This document shows positions 40,859-64,000 of a stretch of 64,000 bases of DNA, piece by piece. Under the pieces are notes generated by a model. The model did not search any database and was not told the DNA's origin. It saw only the letters and a list, made by a program, of their open reading frames with translations. Origin of the DNA: Tubiluchus corallicola (lineage: Eukaryota; Animalia; Priapulida). A program made the position numbers and the translations under genes. The stretch's first letter is position 1; every line of letters begins with the position of its first letter. Location of the stretch: the NCBI GenBank assembly GCA_030141605.1, contig JAQGDQ010000307.1, positions 145,093 through 209,092 on the forward strand. The letters are read 5' to 3'.

Positions 40859-41593
40859 TTAAATTTTTACTATTGCACATGTTTAACTTAGTGAAAACGT
40901 GATTCTCTTAAAAATATTGTGGGAGTTAGGAAATTATGGTGAGTCATTAAAAAACTGATACAACGTTAAATTGTGTTTTCGTGTGACTAATTACAATCAG
41001 TAAACTAACACTCATGAAGCTTTATGAAACCATGGGTAATATTTCTAGGCGGAACAGATGAGAAAATTTGCAACCAAGATCCAGCATCTTTAGAACTAGG
41101 GATTTTATAAGGTCTCTTATCAACTAACATACAAATTAAACTTAAAATACAGCAAAATTATGCTTAAAATGATACATTATATACACATTTTTGTATGAGC
41201 TACTGTTGTACATTAGTTTTTGGATTTTGCACTTATACAGTAACACAAGATTTATATTGTAACTATTGATGAAAGAAGAATCATAGCTTGAAACTTTATT
41301 TTCGTAATTTTACTGTTGTAAAAGTAATAACAGATCTATTACTTTAAAATTTCTAATTAGGGGTTTTAATGTTTAAATTTAATGTTGTAATTAGTCTATA
41401 GTATACTGCAATGATACTTTTCATACGTGTAACTTTCCTGCATATATTAACTCATACCAAGCGAGTGCTTCGAAGTATGAAAATTAGTAAATTATTTTGC
41501 TATCTAAAGTAGTCAGTCAGTCAGTTAATTAGTTAATTAATTAGGTAATTAATTTGATCAGTTATTTAATGAGAGAAGTGACTCTGACAGTTT

Positions 41594-42165
41594 AGTGGTA
41601 TAGCAGAATTGACGGGTTTGGCGGATTCAGCAGGTTTGGCGATACAGCAGATTTGGTGGGTTTGGCAGATTTGAAAGGTTTGGCAGTATGGCAGAATTTG
41701 AAATTTGACAGGTTTGGCAGCATGGCACATTTGGCGATATGGCAGGTTTGACAGGTTTGGCAGCATGGCACATTTGGCGATATGGCAGGTTTGACAGGTT
41801 TGGCGCTATTGCAGATCTGGTGGGTTGGCAGATTTGGCAGGTTTGGCAACTTTGGCGGTATAACAGATTTGGCAGGTTTGGTGGTATGGCAGATTTGGCA
41901 GGTTTGGTGGTACAGCAGATTTGGTTTGTTTGGCAGATTTCAAAAGTTTGGCAGTATGACAGAATTTGAAATTTGACAGGTTTGGCAGGCACATTTGGCG
42001 GGTTTGGCAGGTTTGGCTTTGTGGCACATTTGGCGATATGGCAGGTTTGGCGGGTTTGACAGGTTTGGCGCTATTGCAGATCTGGTGAGTTGGCAGATTT
42101 GGCAGGTTTGGCAACTTTGGCGGTATAACAGATTTGGCAGGTTTGGTGGTATGGCAGATTTGGTA
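41594..42165. repeat. G-rich minisatellite of GGCAG(G/A)TTT 9-mers with a ~260-bp higher-order duplication
   Basis: Dozens of ggcaggttt/ggcagattt units. Blocks starting at ~41680 and ~41947 are near-identical, as are ~41790-41897 and ~42055-42162. This explains the overlapping repetitive ORFs on both strands. Confidence 0.92.
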
Positions 42166-42779
42166 TACTTGGTGAGTGAAAGTAGTGCAGTCATGATCGA
42201 TGCAGAGTGTGTGTGACATAACCCTCATACAAGGTGTGTAGGCCCTTGGTGGGTGTTCCACGTGGCATGTTAGCACTTTAGAAGTTTTCCAATGTTTCAC
42301 ACATGCATACATGACATTTAGATGAAAAATAATCTAACTTCGCTAGAAGTCTTTCCGTTGATTTTTCCTCTGCATTTAATACAGTACAGACGCATGTTTT
42401 ATCAGAAAGTCTTTCCAAGTTTGAAGTTCGATGATTTTGAACTTTGAAAGAGATTATTTTGTAGATTAAACTTTATGATGCGTAGAAAAGAGTTTGATCG
42501 GTCGGTGTCTCATGTTTGCTGGTAACGAAGTTGTACAACAAAGCATAACCGACTTGAAGTTACCCGTCAGCCGATGATGCTTCATGTTGCTCTATACCAA
42601 ACACCTCAAAATATTTGAAACTCGTAGTAAAATCAAGCCATTAGTTTTTAAGTTAACTGTTGCTGAACATAAATATACGATGTGTAAGTTCTAGATTATC
42701 AAACTAAGATCGGTTCTTGAGTAGCCTAACGGCCTACTAGTTTGAGAAAAGTGAGAAATTTACCGTTCCTTCTAAACAA

Positions 42780-44330
42780 GTGCTGCTTTGTAATTTTATG
42801 AACCATTCCTTAATGTTCAACAATATGCAGATGAAATCGGGTGGATTAGTGTATCAAATTTTCAAACTAACACAATAAAAAGGGATTTTCCAAAAAAAAA
42901 CTAGACAAAAGAAATCTTGGCACTATTACACTTTCGCACCGCCTAGTTTTTCCTGGCCTATAGTATTGGTTGTTTTCACGCCTGCAGGCCAGAAAGCAGA
43001 CCAACAGGCGTAATATACACCATATTCCCATAATATTATTGGTTCTTAGGCTTTATAATTCCAGATTAAAATCATACATTACTTACCGATGCCATTACGC
43101 AAAAAGCTCCACGTGAATAACCGTGTTCACACCACTAGGCACTAATGCGCAATCGCTCTCGCGCAGTGAGGATGTGGCCCTTAACATGTATTTTTAGTTT
43201 CTTCGCATAATTTATGATTATTAGGGTTGCAGCCACGGGACCCAAGCTGGCATATACGAGGAAATTTTTTTAGACGACTACAGTTATTTATCATTAATTT
43301 TATTTATTACTGTAGTATTATTACTATTAGATTATAAAAAAGTAAAGGTTTTTTCTTTATTTCGTAAATGCGGTGAAGATGAAAGTGTGTCACGTGCTTT
43401 TAAGCTAGGCCCTGATAATGCATAAACTAGTACGAAATTCGTCACGTGACTACACACACAAACAAGATGGCGATACGAACTGTATGGGTGTAGAACTGTG
43501 AATACAGCGTAATTATTGGTATTTATACCTAATATATATGATTAAATTACAATTAGATTAGTGGAAACATTCACTGATGACGTAAGAATAATAGAATAAT
43601 GACGTACAAGCCTAGAAACGAGTAATAACCTACAAAAAACTAGGCGGTGCGAAAGTGTAATAGTAAATCTTCAAGTAAACCAGTCAAAAACAGTAGAATA
43701 TATTATTGCAAGAGATGGTAGCCAGTCTTGGAAAAAGTGCAAGTACATGGGCACTTTTCTAAGTACCAAATATGACACTAAACGGAGAAAGCAACAAGCA
43801 ATGCATGCTTTTCTTCAGCACAAGAATGTATTAACTAGCAAGAAATTAAGTCTTAACATAAGACTTAGATTATATAAATTTATAATGCTTAAGTTACCAG
43901 CATATTTATGTACAAGAGCGAAACTTGGGGTTTAACGATTACTCAAGAAAAGAATGTTATATATATATTAATTCTTTATTTGTCATAAAATGTTGACACA
44001 TTTCATAGAAGTCTTAGGAAAGTTTTAAAGATAAGATGGCCATACATAATTAAAAATGAAGAATTTACATCAGAACAAAATTCAAGATCCGAAGATTAAG
44101 ATGGCTGCTAGGACATCTTCTAAGATTACCAAATAAAGCATCACTAAGAATCGCCTTAAAACCTTGCAAAAAAACAACTTGTATAGCTAAGATAAATAAA
44201 GATGTTCAACAACTTCAACCAAATCTATCTTTAGAAGTAGAAGAACTTACGCTGTTAGGTGCAGATAGAAGTGGGTGGAATGCTCTGATAAATGTTGATA
44301 CCTCAATGCCTATAATAGGTGGAATCAGAT
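42780..44330 (+). mobile_element. Degenerate RTE-like non-LTR retrotransposon (RT C-terminal half), interrupted by a MITE
   Basis: QQYADEIGWIS (decayed YADD) at ~42818-42850. The frame LDKRNL|QVNQSKT...WKKCKYMG joins across the MITE. Downstream fragments read LSLNIRLRLY, ETWGLT, LRKVLKIRWP and RLRWLLGHLLRLP, with frameshifts. Confidence 0.75.
42922..43664. mobile_element. MITE with perfect 30-bp terminal inverted repeats
   Basis: ACTATTACACTTTCGCACCGCCTAGTTTTT (42922-42951) and AAAAACTAGGCGGTGCGAAAGTGTAATAGT (43635-43664). AAATCTT is duplicated on both flanks, with 3 extra nt (GGC) on the left. Confidence 0.9.
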
Positions 44331-44799
44331 TTTGAAGAAGAGGAAGTAGAAACTTCATAGGTAGTGAAACATGCATGCTAAACGACCTCCAGCAAACCAA
44401 AAGCAACTTGGATATCAAGAATTCATAAAGATACTCAACAGTTGAAACCAAGTTTAACAATAGCTTCACACTAGTTGAAAATTTTAGCTGCATACAGGAA
44501 ACAATGGGGTGCTCAAATAAATGATAGAGGCTCAATGTCTACAACAGATGTTTAGAGCAACAGATGAAGAAGAAGAAATAGTAGAATTTGCATTGTCAAT
44601 AGACGTAGTGGGCATAATGCTGATGACACATTGCAGAAACACGGTTTGAGTAATGGTACATAATGTATGTATGCAAATACATGTACTATTGTTAAACCAT
44701 GGCAGAACGCAGTTTGTTAGGCTATGTTTCTTAGTGGCAGCGTAACCATTTTTACATGTTTTGTTGAACTTATAAAACTGTAACAACTTGATCATGATT

Positions 44800-44838
44800 A
44801 ACCCTAATCCCTACCCTAATCCCAATCCAAATCCTAAT
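44800..44838. repeat. Short degenerate telomere-like (CCTAAT/CCCTAA) tract
   Basis: aaccctaatccctaccctaatcccaatccaaatcctaat. Confidence 0.55.
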
Positions 44839-45413
44839 CTGCTTCACAAACTAATTTCTCGTGTGTGGGAAATTGTAAACCAACCCAAAATTATTAGTAA
44901 TTTAAAATGTTTGTGCCATCCAGGTGTCTATTTTTGCAAGCTTTTCGACAATAGGTACTATAGTTTTAAAGTTTCAAGTTTTCATATTTTGGCTTCTGTC
45001 TTTGTGCTCTTAAACAATATTGATGTCTAAGCCCTAGTCCAAGTCCCTACTGTCACCCTGCATAGTTTCGTGATTTTACATACTATAGTTTTTGAATTAT
45101 TCAATGGTATGACTCGAATTGACCTGTATTATGTATCCTTATACCTTTGACCATTCACCACTTCATTTTCAAGGGCTGTGTTGGGAGCTGAGAAAACTTT
45201 ATGCCTACTACAATGGTGAAATGATGAAATCAGCATTTGTGTTTTCTTAGATCTGCTTGAGAACACATATGCAAAACCTGCGTGGGGAACATTGATTATT
45301 TATATTATTGGTTTATATGGAACAACACTCTCAGACTCAGTGTATGGTTTAAGCAACATTATTCCTTTCCAGGTCTTGGTTTTCATCTGTGCCATGCTCA
45401 TTTGTAACCAATA

Positions 45414-55747
<10,334 letters not shown>

Positions 55748-57516
55748 AATATTGCAGCTTCTTCTTCATTAATACTGGTAAATTCCTTAAATGTACATTT
55801 CTCAAAGTGGAAATCGTGATGGCTTAACAAATTTTAACATTACTGACTTTGCCAGAGATGCTTTTAATTAGTTTATTTAAAAAGTATTGCTGTTGCCATT
55901 TTGCTTCATTGAACTGAATTTACATTACTCTTAACTTATATATTTATTATGATTCTTTCTTCTTATTGGGGTGTTTGCTTTATTTGTTAAATTAAACTGT
56001 GGAATGAGTAAAATCTGATATATTTCAGATGTACAAATATAATTAAAGAGTCCAGTTGTGTGCAAGAAAATATGGAAGCCTGCTTAGTGTGCAATATCAG
56101 TCATAATTAGTATACCATTATTTCATAAATTCCAAAAGGATCATAAAATTACCTTTGCTACTACTATATGTATTTTTGAATTTACTTATAGTTTTTTAGG
56201 TCATATAATGCTGCTACTATCTCATTTTGTGATTTTGCTAGTGTCCCAAACATGTCCAATAGTTGCTCATCGCAAGGGCTACAATATGAAAGTGAAGTTA
56301 TGAGAGTGGAGGTCCAAAGAAATATAATTTATGTAACTAATTTTTTACTGTACTGCCTGTGTGCACTATTTGATATGCAGACAAAAAGCTTCGACGCTCT
56401 TGCAAAAGTAACACGTTATATTATTCGCTATTGAAAAAAGAGCGTGCTACCTGTAATAAGTTACTTACTCAAATTTCAATTCACATAATATGTCATGTTT
56501 GAATAGATTCTTTCAATAGATTTAATAGATTTAAACAGATTTATTCATTGGTAAGTAATTAGTAGGCAAATCATGCTAAACCGTGAAGCATATATATAAG
56601 TGTATTCATGGTCTTTCTTTTCATTAAATTTTAGGTGCAAAGAGGTATCAGTTGTAAAACACCAGGCAGCTGACAAGGCTAAGATGATCTATAGAGCCAA
56701 GCTGACCCATTCAAATACGTCAAATCTTATGTTTATACAATTTATTTATCAATCTTTGTGAATATTTCTAAAGTTAAAAGTTTTTTGCTTTAAGACAATC
56801 ATTGTCCCAAATCAGCAATAATTTTCATGGTAAAGCTTAGCAAACTTCCACAAAAAATTCCTTTTCCACTGGCAACTAAGAAGTGGCTGTTCATTAGGTC
56901 TGTAAAGACTTTGTTTATACTTAGAATACCAGAATTCTCTACTATAGAGTAATAAATATAATATATTTGTAAATATCCATTATACAGCAATTAATTTATA
57001 TAATTGTTAACAGTTTCAAATATTGCTTAGAAAGTATCTAAATATTATTATTTAGCTTCTTGATATTTTATTTTATATACCGTACATGAAATTAAATGCA
57101 CATTAACTAAAAAATGAGTACGTCTATTTAATTATAACTGCGAATAGTTGCAATTATTTTTGGTTACTTAACAGTACAGCAATGAAAACAAAAATTGTGA
57201 AATTTAAAATTTATCTTTTATACACTTACAGTTTTGTAGATTGAGCTGCAAATAAATTAAAATAATTGTCAAGTTTAAGTGTTCAAAAAGTACTTGCAAA
57301 CCTTCACAGCACTTTCGAGACAATCTTCTGCCACATTAATATGTACAATGTCATTTAAAGGTTGTTTCTCACAGTCTTATTCAAACAGTCAGTGAAACTT
57401 CTAGAACATACAGGAGAGTGATTAATGCTAATAGCAAGTTCTTAAGAATTTTCAAACATAATTTTGAAGTTCTTCAAGTCTTTTGAAGTCGTGTTTTTTC
57501 GGATGGTTCGGTTTGA

Positions 57517-63974
<6,458 letters not shown>

Positions 63975-64000
63975 CCTACAAATTACAATCATCTATTAGA

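Noticed and set aside
41566-42312. Cluster of overlapping repetitive ORFs (PNL/CQT/AKP and GRF/WQI repeats), superficially metallothionein- or CRISPR-like
   Set aside because: Translations of a 9-bp minisatellite; no splice context and no unique spacers.
43467-43490. CAAGATGGCG as the INPP5K start codon
   Set aside because: It lies inside a MITE with no phase-compatible strong donor; exon 45373-45439 gives a better start (MTATSFRIN|LHLCTWNV).
44800-44838. Interstitial telomere or fusion scar
   Set aside because: Only about six degenerate units; such tracts are common in invertebrate repeats.

Overview
AT-rich, intron-rich eukaryotic DNA that looks like an invertebrate animal genome; the species cannot be determined from the sequence. 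Most ORFs in the supplied track are spurious, so I assembled spliced genes by hand using splice sites and reading-frame phase. Five genes: (1) the 5' end of Ku70/XRCC6 (- strand, 2 coding exons, second ending at a GC donor); (2) head-to-head with it, a ~966-aa mostly disordered uncharacterised protein (+, 3004-12715) with RNA-granule-type short motifs and a FAM195/MCRIP-like C-terminus; (3) a complete 14-coding-exon CPSF6/CFIm68 gene (-, 36016-26467) followed by ~9 kb of non-coding 3' sequence with splice sites and poly(A) signals; (4) an INPP5K/SKIP-like inositol 5-phosphatase with a SKICH domain (+, 45414-55747); (5) an orphan class C-type 7TM receptor with a ~490-aa cytoplasmic tail (-, 63974-57517). 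Mobile DNA includes a 2.7-kb TTAA-flanked TIR element (Kolobok-like) carrying a tRNA-SINE-like insert, a 30-bp-TIR MITE nested in an RTE-like LINE remnant, a pogo/Tigger-like MITE, a solo LTR and smaller remnants. There are also several mini- and microsatellites. No CRISPR array, rRNA or intact tRNA was seen. All homology calls rest on recognised motifs, not database searches.
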